In this document: positions 1 through 9,169 of the stretch, in pieces
How positions within the stretch are numbered: the first letter of the stretch is position 1
How the letters are laid out: each line of letters opens with the position of its first letter
Assembly (NCBI GenBank): GCA_965116495.1
Contig: OZ220696.1
Coordinates: forward strand, 896,001 to 960,000
Length of the DNA stretch: 64,000 bases
Origin: Gammaproteobacteria bacterium
GTDB lineage: Bacteria > Pseudomonadota > Gammaproteobacteria > Eutrophobiales > Eutrophobiaceae
Direction: 5' to 3'
Notes under the pieces: model-generated
What the model saw: only the letters and a program-made list of their open reading frames with translations
What the model was told of the DNA's origin: nothing
Databases searched by the model: none
Translations under genes and position numbers: made by a program

Positions 1-1140
1 GCCGGAGCCGCGCAGGAAAAACGGCGTTGCGGACAGGTCATAGATGGCGCGCACGCCAAGTTTGCGCTTGAAAGTCTCTATGCCACTGAGCCAGACGCGG
101 GCCGCCTCGTTCTCATTTTTGGCCTCCTTTTTCTCGTCGGACTTGAGCGCGGCGATATCCTTATTGCCGGGTTTCTCCCGGTAACAGTGATGCGCCTCGT
201 CGTTGATGACGACGATGTTTTTCAATCCCATTAATTTATCGGCGACACGCCGAATCATCTGCCCTTCGGTCTCGGTTGTGTGTAAGGTCTGCTCGCGGCC
301 CCGCAGCAGGGACTTGCCGACCTTGCCGGTGTCCATGACTTCGCGCAGTTGGAACGTGTGGTAATTGGTAATGATGATGCGGGCCTTGTTGATCTCGTCC
401 AGCATATCCACCGGGACCAGTTCCCGGGCCTTGTAATAGCTGTCCGGGTCGTTAGGCTGCAATATCCGCAACCGGTCGCGAATGGTAATTCCCGGAGTCA
501 CGATCAGGAAGCCCCGGCTAAAGAGCCTGCTGCCGGGCGTGCGCACTGCGTTGACCGTCTGCCAGGCAATCAGCATCGCCATTACCGTTGTCTTGCCCGA
601 GCCGGTGGCCATCTTCAGCGCCAGCCGCAATAGTTCCGGGTTGGCTTGAAGGTTAGCGTCCTGTATGTAGTTCCAGATGCCTTTGTGCCGCTTTTGCCGA
701 CGCGCGACTTCCGTCAACCAGATAAGGGTTTCCATAGCCTCTATCTGGCAGAAAAACGGGCGTATGCTCTGAAATTGATAATCCCGCCAGTGTCGCAGCA
801 ACCGCGCCGTGGCCGGTGTTACTCCCCAATCCTGCTGATTATGCAACCGGCGCCAGTCCGATACATGGGAACGAATCTCATTGATAATGGGAAACGGGTT
901 GTATGCCTGTTCGTCCGATGAAAGCCCCTCATCATAAGAGAATGCAAGGCCAACCTGTTCCTGGGCGTCCTGCTGATGGCGCAACCTGGGTTGGGGAACG
1001 GGGCTGATCAACTCGGAGCGACGACGGCCGCTGACAGGCGGACCATCCACGGGTTGGCCTGTTTCATTCAGACGATGATGCAGCCGGGGCTCCTCGTAGG
1101 GCGAATTCAGGACAGGTTTTTCGTAAAATGATTCAGCCAT
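1..1140 (-). CDS. Type III restriction endonuclease Res subunit / DEAD-box helicase (5' part; runs off the window start)
   Basis: Read by hand from ATG at 1140: MAESFYEKPVLNSPYEEP...LKMATGSGKTTVMAMLIAWQ (Walker A)...GFLIVTPGITIRDRL...IVVINDEAHHCY (DEAH). Absent from the ORF track because no stop codon falls in the window. Confidence 0.85.
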   Translation of the reverse strand, partial: MAESFYEKPVLNSPYEEPRLHHRLNETGQPVDGPPVSGRRRSELISPVPQPRLRHQQDAQEQVGLAFSYDEGLSSDEQAYNPFPIINEIRSHVSDWRRLHNQQDWGVTPATARLLRHWRDYQFQSIRPFFCQIEAMETLIWLTEVARRQKRHKGIWNYIQDANLQANPELLRLALKMATGSGKTTVMAMLIAWQTVNAVRTPGSRLFSRGFLIVTPGITIRDRLRILQPNDPDSYYKARELVPVDMLDEINKARIIITNYHTFQLREVMDTGKVGKSLLRGREQTLHTTETEGQMIRRVADKLMGLKNIVVINDEAHHCYREKPGNKDIAALKSDEKKEAKNENEAARVWLSGIETFKRKLGVRAIYDLSATPFFLRGSG

Positions 1141-1301
1141 TTCTGTATGCATCTTTAAACGCAATGCGTTACATTAGCTTAATCGTAGTTGTTGTTCAAA
1201 AAAGAAGACTCAGACAGTATCGCAGATGGATTTATTCCGAAAAGATTGTTTATTGGTGTGTGGCGTGCCATCTGTGTTCCTGAAGCACGCGTCGATTCTT
1301 G

Positions 1302-2828
1302 TCAACTCTTCCAATCCACCGCCATTTCTTCCCCGATGAACTCGGCAAACGGAATTATATTCTTATGCACGGAAGCCTGCTCTAACGCTTGCATGTATTG
1401 CTCGCGACGTGATCTATCAGATCGAATTATCGTCCAGGGATAACCACCTGACACCAGCATAACGTTCATGAGAAAACGAGCTATCCGTCCGTTGCCATCC
1501 ATGTATGGGTGAATAAAAACAAAGAAGAAATGCCCCAGTATTGCACTGACGATGGGCACAGGTTCGTTAATTAAGCATTCAAAATAAGCATCCAGGGCAT
1601 CAAGTAAGGCCTCTTTCGGTAAGGGAACATGGGCTGAGTCACGAATGTAGACTTGAGCATTTCTATAGCCGGCCAGTTCAGCAGGTTTAATGATGCCGGC
1701 CTGAACGCCAGGCGAAAATAATGCCTGGTACCAGTCTTGTAGATCCTGTTTTACGGTTTCTCCCGCGTGTCCGCCATCGAATACTTTTTGCACACTCTCA
1801 CAGACAACTCTGAATGCGTCAAAATAGCCTTTTGCTGCCATTGCATTACGTTGCTCTGCATCGGATTGAACGGCGTCAGGATTCCATCCGCCGGTTCGAA
1901 CGCGCTCAATCAACTCCGGTGTAACTTCATAGCCTTCAATGGATAAAGAGTGGTAGGCATCATGTCGATATAACTCTTCGATTTCCTTCATGGAAGCAAT
2001 CGAACCTTTCGTCAATTGAGAAGGTTCCGGAAACCGGTTAATAACGGGTTCTCGTATGGCTTGCCATTGTGCGCGAATGCGAGCCGCATAAGGTGAGGTA
2101 ATACGTACCGCCGTCTTTCCAAAAACCGGCTGATTTGCTGCGAAAGGATTCTCAGGTCTTACCTGGTGTCCGGCACTGACCATGCTGCTTTCTATAAATC
2201 GTGCTGCGTCAGCATCGCCTAAAAGACGGTAGGCCCCAATCAGTCGGCCGGCAATGCTGGTGTGTCCACCCATAAGTAATATTCTGACCAACTCTGTCGA
2301 ATCAACCATGCGAAGCGCGATTTCTGCCTTAACGGGTTCATGACGGAACAGGGCAGGTGAACTGCGACATAATGCAGCCGCCAGAGGCAGTGTTTGTATG
2401 CCAAGTCGGATTTCTCTGTTACCTGGCAACTCTGCCGTTTCATATATGAACAGGGAAGTCTGATGCAACAACTCAACTCGGTTACTGCCGCCTGTCGCAG
2501 TCATCACTACTAATTGAGGGGGCAGCGCATTCTTGTCCAGATGAAAATCAAGAGAAGCTTCTGCCGACAGGCAATAATCAACACCAAATCGTTTGTTCAG
2601 GTATTGCTTAATAAAATCCCAGTATGAAGCAAACCAGCGCGTGGATTGACCCTGGTCACCGGGATGACCAAGGATATACCAACCACGGATGACCTGCGTC
2701 AACCAACCGGCTTTGAGCAGACGTTCCCGATGGACGCGTGACAGGTCACTGGAGTGTACGATATTATCCTGTGCCGCTTGTCTGGCCCGCTCCAGGGAAT
2801 TTGCCAGTAAAGTTTCAAATGTAGCCAT
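1302..2828 (-). CDS. Fic-domain protein with N-terminal wHTH/AbiEi-like region
   Basis: Fic motif HPYMDGNGRIAR; N-terminal LLKAGWLTQVIRGWYIL and YCLSAEASLDFH resemble AbiEi-type antitoxin domains. Confidence 0.85.
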   Translation of the reverse strand: MATFETLLANSLERARQAAQDNIVHSSDLSRVHRERLLKAGWLTQVIRGWYILGHPGDQGQSTRWFASYWDFIKQYLNKRFGVDYCLSAEASLDFHLDKNALPPQLVVMTATGGSNRVELLHQTSLFIYETAELPGNREIRLGIQTLPLAAALCRSSPALFRHEPVKAEIALRMVDSTELVRILLMGGHTSIAGRLIGAYRLLGDADAARFIESSMVSAGHQVRPENPFAANQPVFGKTAVRITSPYAARIRAQWQAIREPVINRFPEPSQLTKGSIASMKEIEELYRHDAYHSLSIEGYEVTPELIERVRTGGWNPDAVQSDAEQRNAMAAKGYFDAFRVVCESVQKVFDGGHAGETVKQDLQDWYQALFSPGVQAGIIKPAELAGYRNAQVYIRDSAHVPLPKEALLDALDAYFECLINEPVPIVSAILGHFFFVFIHPYMDGNGRIARFLMNVMLVSGGYPWTIIRSDRSRREQYMQALEQASVHKNIIPFAEFIGEEMAVDWKS

Positions 2829-2940
2829 TACAGTGTTACCTGTATTTGTTGCTGTTACATCCCAATGTTTTAATGTTGTTATATTATTATGTTTTATTGT
2901 TATTACAACACGAAAGGAACTGATATAGATAGTTCGGGTA

Positions 2941-2968
2941 GAGAATTATGATGGGAGAATTATGATGG
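2941..2968. repeat. 14-bp perfect tandem duplication (GAGAATTATGATGG x2)
   Basis: Directly visible between the divergent fic and antitoxin genes. Confidence 0.9.
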
Positions 2969-3000
2969 GTTGTAAGTATTGCTATAGTCTGATAACTATA

Positions 3001-3029
3001 GTATGACTTCCTGAGACAGTAATTCATAC
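3001..3029. promoter_or_regulatory. Inverted-repeat operator upstream of the TA operon
   Basis: GTATGACTTCCTG-aga-CAGTAATTCATAC (11/13 inverted match) 10 bp upstream of the antitoxin ATG, as expected for TA autoregulation. Confidence 0.55.
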
Positions 3030-3038
3030 GAGAAAATC

Positions 3039-3254
3039 ATGAGAATTTCTGAACGAGGCCAGATTACCATTCCCAAGCAGTTGAGAGACCGCTTCGGCAT
3101 GGGCTGTAACGTCGAGGTCGAGATTACTCCGACCAGTGACGGCCTGCTCATCCGTAAACAAACAGCTTCTCAACACCCGGTAGAACGGGTGTACGCTATC
3201 CTGGGACGCGACGGCAATACTGACGATTACATTGAAGATATCCGCGGAAGGTGA
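3039..3254 (+). CDS. AbrB/MazE/SpoVT-family antitoxin (VapB-like)
   Basis: MRISERGQITIPKQLRDRFGM...VEI...DGLLIRK is the typical AbrB fold signature; GTGA overlap with the next gene. Confidence 0.9.
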   Translation: MRISERGQITIPKQLRDRFGMGCNVEVEITPTSDGLLIRKQTASQHPVERVYAILGRDGNTDDYIEDIRGR

Positions 3255-3300
3255 TCAGCGCCGTTGACACCAGCGTCCTCCTGGATGTGTTTCTCCCGCC
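3251..3300 (+). pseudogene. vapC: VapC (PIN) toxin, N-terminal remnant only
   Basis: MISAVDTSVLLDVFL is a PIN N-terminus; similarity stops after ~15 codons where the convergent minus-strand gene region begins. Confidence 0.7.
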
Positions 3301-3328
3301 CGGCACCATGACACAACCGGCGGTTGGT

Positions 3329-3947
3329 TTAATTGACAGAGACCCTGGACGTTGGCATGCCTACGTGGTTCATTGTAGTCTGGTTGCCGAGCAAAGGCGG
3401 CGAGTGCATTTCATTAAATTCGGCGTCGGACTGCAATTCCAGCCACACTTCACCAACATAGCGATCAGTTCTGCCGCTGGATGAATATGACGTTGTACAC
3501 ACACCTCCTCCACTGGGGGGGCAGGTGCCCGTCGTGGTGACTGTCTCGTTGTGATGGCAGTCATTGTCGGATGCCGTACAGTCCCACTCCATAGAGATGT
3601 CATACACCGTATTGCTGACCTTCTTGATTTCTTCACCAACTGATCCCAGGCCGTACCTGCGGTCAGTGTGGCCCGGGACCAGGTTGGTCGTCTCGTCTGT
3701 CATAAAGTCATGCCAACTGACTCCGCTCACCGGTTCGGAGAAAGTCACCCGCCACGTCACTTTCTGAGTGCTGCTCCCGCTTGCCGGTGTCGGTACGGGC
3801 GCTGTACAGATGTAAGGCTTATAAGATGTCCGATCCGCTTCAGCCAGAGGGCAGGTAATTTGCGCGCTTGCTTCACCGGCAAGGCCAAACAGGGCTACCC
3901 CCCCCCCAGAAGACGGCAATCGTCAGATATCGTATGATGGTGTTCAT
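3329..3947 (-). CDS. Secreted Cys-containing Ig-like protein, frameshifted in a G10 tract within the signal peptide
   Basis: ATG at 3947 with GGAG RBS gives MNTIIRYLTIAVFW. After the G10 run (3898-3907) another frame continues VALFGLAGEASA/QITCP...VTWRVTFSEPVSGV. G9 or G12 would join them. Confidence 0.65.
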
Positions 3948-4044
3948 GATCTCGCTCCCACTCCCGGTGTATTAACTGTCCCGAGTATAGCATAACCAAA
4001 AAAGATCCAGTACTAAATGAGTACCGGCAGACCTGTCATCGCTA

Positions 4045-4073
4045 TTGACTTCCCGTTGTCATCCTGTTAAAAT
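4045..4073 (+). promoter_or_regulatory. Sigma70-type promoter with no obvious downstream gene
   Basis: TTGACT-17 bp-TAAAAT with TGn extended -10 and GC-rich discriminator CCGCCTC. Confidence 0.6.
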
Positions 4074-4397
4074 CCGCCTCTGTTTTGAGCGCCTGTTCAG
4101 AGGCTTTTTCACATACGAGGGGTAACCGAAAGGGGAAAACCAATGTGCACGTCTTTCACCCAACGGGCGGTCCCAATTACACCCGGGTCACTGGCGTCAA
4201 GACTTTAGCTGACGATGAGTGCGAAGGTGAGGAGAAATTCAGGATATAGTATTCACTGCGGGGCAGAACAAAAGCCGGGGGGACGGATTGGTCTGGAGGC
4301 GCCAGGGGGTTGCCCGGCAGTTTCACTGTTGTAGCCGCGATCCAGGATAGTTGCTCTGCGGATGAATAAACTAATCCGCGTCATCCACTGACCCAAA

Positions 4398-7300
4398 CTA
4401 CCCATCGTAATAGGGCCCTATTATATCCTCAATGCCAAACCCATCCACGCCGGCATCGTACCCCCCCACACCCCCATCCCCCAAGGTCAATGACAGCGCC
4501 GGGACGGACACGCGACCGGCCACCTGGGCGCTCAACTGGGACGCCGGGGGCGTCGGCCCCGTGCCCTCGAAAATCGCAAACTGGGATTCGTCCAGATCGG
4601 CGAGGTCGGTGTCCAGCAAGGTGATGCTGTCTTCCTTGCCGCTGGGATCCGTGTAAATGACCACGTCGTTGCCAATTTGTTCGGCATGGTTCGCCAGCAT
4701 CTCGTCGAAGTCGGCGAAGCCCACCTGGATGAGGAAGAAGCTGTCGCCCTCGTCCGGGTTGAAATCGGTGATCACGTCGCGGCCGAAATTGCCGTAGATG
4801 GTAAACCTGTCGTCGCCCGCGCCGCCGGTCATGCGATCGTGGCCGAAGCTACCGTTGATATAGTCCCTGCCGCCGCGCCCGTCGATCAAGTCGTTGTCGT
4901 CTGAGCCAACCAGCGAGTCCACCTCGTCGGTGCCGGTCATCGTGAGGCCGTTGTGGCGCCAGGGGGTGGGCGCCGGGTCGGATTCGGGTTCTGGCTCGGG
5001 TTCCGGGTCTGGCTCCGGGTCTGGTTCCGGCTCAGGTTCGGGTTCCGGGTCTGGCTCCGGCTCTGGTTCGGTTGAGGTCTCCTCGGGTTGTTGCTCCTCC
5101 TGTTCCGCTTCGATCTCGGTGAGGGCTTCCACCACCGGGTCCCAACGGCTCGCCGACCATCTGTCCGCCATCTCCTGCGCCTCGGTGGCGGTCATGGGCG
5201 TGTAGCCGTTGTCGTCGCCCAAGGCCGCGAGCACTTTCATCCAGCGGTCGACATGGGCCTGGCCGTTGTGGGTCTCGGCGGCATAACCGCGCACGTCGGC
5301 AATTAACTCGCTGTAGTCGTTCCCTTCATCCGCCTTCTTCCCCTGGCCGTTGTCGGGCGGGGTGAGCTGGTCGTCCAGGGTGGGGGCCGGCTCATCGTTG
5401 TCGGTGATGGTGGCCTCGCCGCTGGCATCGCCCAGGGTGGCGTTGCTGGGGGAGCTCAAGGTGACGGTGAAGGTCTCGTCGGTCTCATCCTCACTGTCAT
5501 CCGTGGTCTGCACCCAGAGGGTCGCGAATTGTGCGCCGGCGCTGATGGTCAGGGTTTGACCGGTCTGGCCGGTGTAGTCGCTGCCATCCGTTGCGGTGCC
5601 GTCGGTGGCAGTCCAGTTGACCGTAACGTCCTTGCCGGAGACCGCATCGAGCGAGACGGTGAACTGGAGCATATCACCTTCGGCCACGGTTACGTCGTCA
5701 ATGGACAATGAGGGCGCGGCGTCGTTGTCGGAGAGGGTGGCCTCCCCGGTGGCTGTGCCTATGGTGGCATTGGTAGGAGCGCTCAATGTAACAGTGAAGG
5801 TTTCATCCGGCTCGTCGATGGCGTCATCGGTGGTCTGCACGGTGATGGTGGCGCTCTGCTGACCCGCGGCGATGGTAAGGGTTTGACCGGCCTGGCCGGT
5901 GTAGTCACTGCCATCCACTGCTATGCTGTCGGACGTGTCCCAGGTAAGGGTGACGTCCTCCGTCCAGGTCTTGTCGAGACTCACAGTGAATTCGACCTCG
6001 TTGCCTTCGGTGACGGATACATCATCGATAGCGGCCACCGGCGGGGTGCTTGCCGCTTGCTGCGCCGCCTGCTCCGCTTCGATCTCGGTGAGGGCTTCCA
6101 CCACCGGGTCCCAACGGCTCGCCGACCATCTGTCCGCCATCTCCTGCGCCTCGGTGGCGGTCATGGGCGTGTAGCCGTTGTCGTCGCCCAAGGCCGCGAG
6201 CACTTTCATCCAGCGGTCGACATGGGCCTGGCCGTTGTGGGTCTCGGCGGCATAACCGCGCACGTCGGCAATCAGCGCGTCGTACCGGCCTGGCGGGGGC
6301 GGGTCATCGTTATCGGTGAGAGTAGCTTCGCCGCTGGCATCGCCCAGGGTGGCGTTGGTGGGGGAACTCAGGGTGATGGTGAAGGTCTCGTCGGTCTCAT
6401 CGTCACTGTCGTCGGCGGTCTGCACCGTGATGGTGGCGCTCTGCTGGCCGGCGGCGATGGTAAGGGTTTGACCGGTCTGGCCGGTGTAGTCACTGCCATC
6501 TGTAGCCGTGCCGTCAGATGTGTCCCAGGTAAGGGTGACGTCCTCGCCCCAGGTCTTGTCCAGACTCACGGTGAACTCGACTCTGCCCCCTTCGGTAACG
6601 CTCACATCGTCAATGGACGCCACCGGCGGAGTGGGCGGCGCTTGTTGTTTCGCCTCCTGTGCCGCCTCTATCTCAGTCAATGCCTCGGCCACCGGGTTCC
6701 AGCGCGGCCAGCCGTAACCGGCATAGTTCCGGGCTTCCTCCGCAGTCATGGGCGTATAGCCGTTGTCATCACCAAACGCCGCCAGTACCTGCATCCAGCG
6801 GTCCACGTGTGCCTGACCCTGGAACGTCTCCGCAGCATAGCCGCGCACCATGCCAATCAACTCGCTGTAGTCCGGGTCGGTTGCCTGCCCCGTGTCCTGG
6901 CTAGTGTCCTCGCTGAAATCTTCCGATGGTGTGATCGAAAAATCGTTCGTACTCAGATCTGACAGTTGCGTGTTCTTCAGGGTGACACGATTGGTCGTGC
7001 CGCTCTCATCCGTATAAATCACCACATCATTGCCGTCCTGCACGGCATGATTGGCCAGCATCCCGGCATAGTCGGCAAAGCCCACCGAGTCCAGGATGAC
7101 TATATCGCCCGCATCCGGGTCGAAGTCCTCCACCACGTCCTGCCCGTCACCGCCGTAAATATCAAACGCATCCGCGCCCGCGCCGCCGCGCAAGGTGTCG
7201 TTGCCCTGGGCGCCGGTCAGGACGTCGCTGTCCGCGCCACCTTCGAGCGTGTCATCGCCCGCACCGCCTTCGAGGAAATCCTTGCCGGGCCCACCCTTGA

Positions 7301-8723
7301 TAATGTCATCGCCGCCGTAGCCAAACAGATCGTCATCCCCGCCATGGCCCTCGATCAGGTCGCCGTCCATGTCGCCTTCCAGCACCTCACCGGCGTCGGT
7401 GCCGGTGACGGTGAGGCCGTTGTGTATGGTGAAGTTGGCTGCATTCAAATCCGACAGCAGTGTGTTCTTCAGGGTGACACTATTGGCCGTACCGCTCTCG
7501 TCCGTATAAATCACCACGTCATTGCCGTCCTGCACGGCATGGTTGGCGAGCATCCCGGCATAGTCGGCAAAACCGACCGAGCCCAGCCTGACCTCATCGC
7601 CGGCATCCGTGTCGAAGTCCTTAACCACGTCCCGCCCATGCCCTCCGTACACCACGAAGGCATCAGCCCCGGGCCCGCCGGTCAGGGTGTCGTTACCCGC
7701 ACCGCCAATGAGCCTGTCGTCCCCAGCGCCACCCATCAGAATGTCGTTGCCTGGCCCTGCGTTCAGGACGTTATCGGCCTCATTGCCCGTCAAACTATCA
7801 TTGCCACTGCCTGACGTGGCATTCTCGATCACCACGCCGTTGGCGATGAGAAAGCCACCAGGGATTTTCCATGCCCAGGAAACGTGGCCACCACCACCGG
7901 GTTCATATTCAAGCGTGGCCGCGCGCAAGTCGATCACGACATTGGCGGCGCCGGTGTACTCGATCACATCGGTCCCGCCGGTATCCCAGATGGTGTGATA
8001 GCCGTTTGCCTCTGCACGGGTGGCGGCCAGTGTATAAACATCATCGCCCCCTGCGTGGGTGGTGTTGGCGCCGTACATGTTTTGCAGGGCGGCAATGTCC
8101 AGCGCGCCGAACGTGGCATTGGCAGAGCCATCGCCGGGATCGTCCCAGCGACCGTCCCACGTATTTACAGTGTCCGCATTCGACGTCACGGTGAATATCG
8201 TCTGGTGCAGCCCGTAGCCGGATTTCATGATCTTGCTGAAGTTGCCTTCATCATCCGGGTGGGCCAGCCCCACTCCATGTCCTACTTCATGGAGGACCAC
8301 AAAGTAAAACCTCCCTCCCTGGTCGAATTGACCGCCGGGTTTATCAGTCCAGTCACCGCTTTTGGTGTTTGCCATGCCTTCCCCGCCGTTGCCGTTCCCA
8401 TCGGGGAAATCAAACTGGCCCCAAGGCATGCCGCGGCCCCCGGGTATACCACCAATGTGAATGCTGTTCTCTGGGGTGCCCTCGAAAACTCCGAACTTGA
8501 GATCGGCAGCATCCTTATCCGTCGTGAGTTGGAAATCAACGTTGATGAAGGTTTCCAGATTCTCGAAGACCGACCAGATCTGGGTTTTTTCATAGTCGGT
8601 CATGGTGCGGGCGTAGTACCAGTAGAAGGCAAGGTCACCTTCCTTGAACAAATACACCAGGACCGGATCCGAGGTATCCAGCTTGTGTTTTCCCTGAACG
8701 GCGTCAACAGGGTTATCGCTCAT
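4398..8723 (-). CDS. Serralysin-like (M10B) metalloprotease with RTX repeats, Calx-beta domains, three novel helical repeats and a Pro/Glu linker
   Basis: HEVGHGVGLAH zinc motif; DIAALQNMYG; TIWDTGGTD; IENATSGSGND; many GGxGxDxL nonapeptides; three Calx-beta units (SIDDVSVTEG...TATDGSDY...ETFTVTLS); no signal peptide. Confidence 0.9.
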   Translation of the reverse strand: MSDNPVDAVQGKHKLDTSDPVLVYLFKEGDLAFYWYYARTMTDYEKTQIWSVFENLETFINVDFQLTTDKDAADLKFGVFEGTPENSIHIGGIPGGRGMPWGQFDFPDGNGNGGEGMANTKSGDWTDKPGGQFDQGGRFYFVVLHEVGHGVGLAHPDDEGNFSKIMKSGYGLHQTIFTVTSNADTVNTWDGRWDDPGDGSANATFGALDIAALQNMYGANTTHAGGDDVYTLAATRAEANGYHTIWDTGGTDVIEYTGAANVVIDLRAATLEYEPGGGGHVSWAWKIPGGFLIANGVVIENATSGSGNDSLTGNEADNVLNAGPGNDILMGGAGDDRLIGGAGNDTLTGGPGADAFVVYGGHGRDVVKDFDTDAGDEVRLGSVGFADYAGMLANHAVQDGNDVVIYTDESGTANSVTLKNTLLSDLNAANFTIHNGLTVTGTDAGEVLEGDMDGDLIEGHGGDDDLFGYGGDDIIKGGPGKDFLEGGAGDDTLEGGADSDVLTGAQGNDTLRGGAGADAFDIYGGDGQDVVEDFDPDAGDIVILDSVGFADYAGMLANHAVQDGNDVVIYTDESGTTNRVTLKNTQLSDLSTNDFSITPSEDFSEDTSQDTGQATDPDYSELIGMVRGYAAETFQGQAHVDRWMQVLAAFGDDNGYTPMTAEEARNYAGYGWPRWNPVAEALTEIEAAQEAKQQAPPTPPVASIDDVSVTEGGRVEFTVSLDKTWGEDVTLTWDTSDGTATDGSDYTGQTGQTLTIAAGQQSATITVQTADDSDDETDETFTITLSSPTNATLGDASGEATLTDNDDPPPPGRYDALIADVRGYAAETHNGQAHVDRWMKVLAALGDDNGYTPMTATEAQEMADRWSASRWDPVVEALTEIEAEQAAQQAASTPPVAAIDDVSVTEGNEVEFTVSLDKTWTEDVTLTWDTSDSIAVDGSDYTGQAGQTLTIAAGQQSATITVQTTDDAIDEPDETFTVTLSAPTNATIGTATGEATLSDNDAAPSLSIDDVTVAEGDMLQFTVSLDAVSGKDVTVNWTATDGTATDGSDYTGQTGQTLTISAGAQFATLWVQTTDDSEDETDETFTVTLSSPSNATLGDASGEATITDNDEPAPTLDDQLTPPDNGQGKKADEGNDYSELIADVRGYAAETHNGQAHVDRWMKVLAALGDDNGYTPMTATEAQEMADRWSASRWDPVVEALTEIEAEQEEQQPEETSTEPEPEPDPEPEPEPEPDPEPDPEPEPEPESDPAPTPWRHNGLTMTGTDEVDSLVGSDDNDLIDGRGGRDYINGSFGHDRMTGGAGDDRFTIYGNFGRDVITDFNPDEGDSFFLIQVGFADFDEMLANHAEQIGNDVVIYTDPSGKEDSITLLDTDLADLDESQFAIFEGTGPTPPASQLSAQVAGRVSVPALSLTLGDGGVGGYDAGVDGFGIEDIIGPYYDG
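4971..5070 (-). repeat. (EP/DP)n low-complexity linker in the RTX protein
   Basis: EPEPEPDPEPEPEPDPEPDPEPEPEPESDP encoded by degenerate 6-bp repeats. Confidence 0.9.
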
Positions 8724-8772
8724 AATTATCTCCAGCCTTGTCGATTACAGGCGGCTTCATAGCGGGATATAC

Positions 8773-8801
8773 GATATTAGTATAAATATCATGCCTGTCA
8801 A
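8773..8801 (-). promoter_or_regulatory. Putative promoter of the RTX protease gene with overlapping palindrome
   Basis: Minus-strand TTGACA (8796-8801)-16 bp-TAATAT, overlapped by GATATT-N6-AATATC (8773-8790). Confidence 0.45.
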
Positions 8802-8933
8802 GGAGGAGAGATCGGTAGCGCGGGCAATCATGTTGCTCTTAAATTAAAATCTGTAGCATTTCCGCTATCTTCTTGGCATATAATATTTTCTGATAAGGTT
8901 CGCGCTAATCATCATCCTGAACATGAGAACAGA

Positions 8934-9140
8934 ATGAACGAACATGCCCGTATCGTCATCATCGGTGGCGGCATCATGGGGGTTGGGTTGCTGTACCACC
9001 TGGCCGAAGAAGGCTGTACTGACGTTGTGCTCATCGAGAAGGGTGAACTCACTTCAGGTTCGACCTGGCACGCGGCGGGACAATGCCCGAACTTTGTGGG
9101 TAATTACAACCTCGCCAAAATCCATGAATACAGTATCTCC
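8934..9140 (+). pseudogene. GcvT-family FAD oxidoreductase (dimethylglycine/sarcosine dehydrogenase-like), N-terminal fragment
   Basis: IVIIGGGIMG...VVLIEKGELTSGSTWHAAG; only ~69 codons of a normally ~800-aa protein. Confidence 0.8.
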
Positions 9141-9169
9141 GTGCCTGCGCCACCTGCTGTACGAGCAGC

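Noticed and set aside
349-921. Two + strand ORFs (94 and 91 aa)
   Set aside because: Antisense to the type III Res gene, which has clear helicase motifs on the - strand
2870-2897. TTATGTTTTAT resembling a XerD arm (second dif-like site)
   Set aside because: No XerC arm at the right spacing; lies in an AT-rich promoter region
4118-4141. GGTAACCGAAAGGGGAAAACC resembling a c-di-GMP-I riboswitch stem
   Set aside because: The stem is too short, and the CGCAAAGC element and second hairpin are not evident; kept only as part of the orphan-promoter finding
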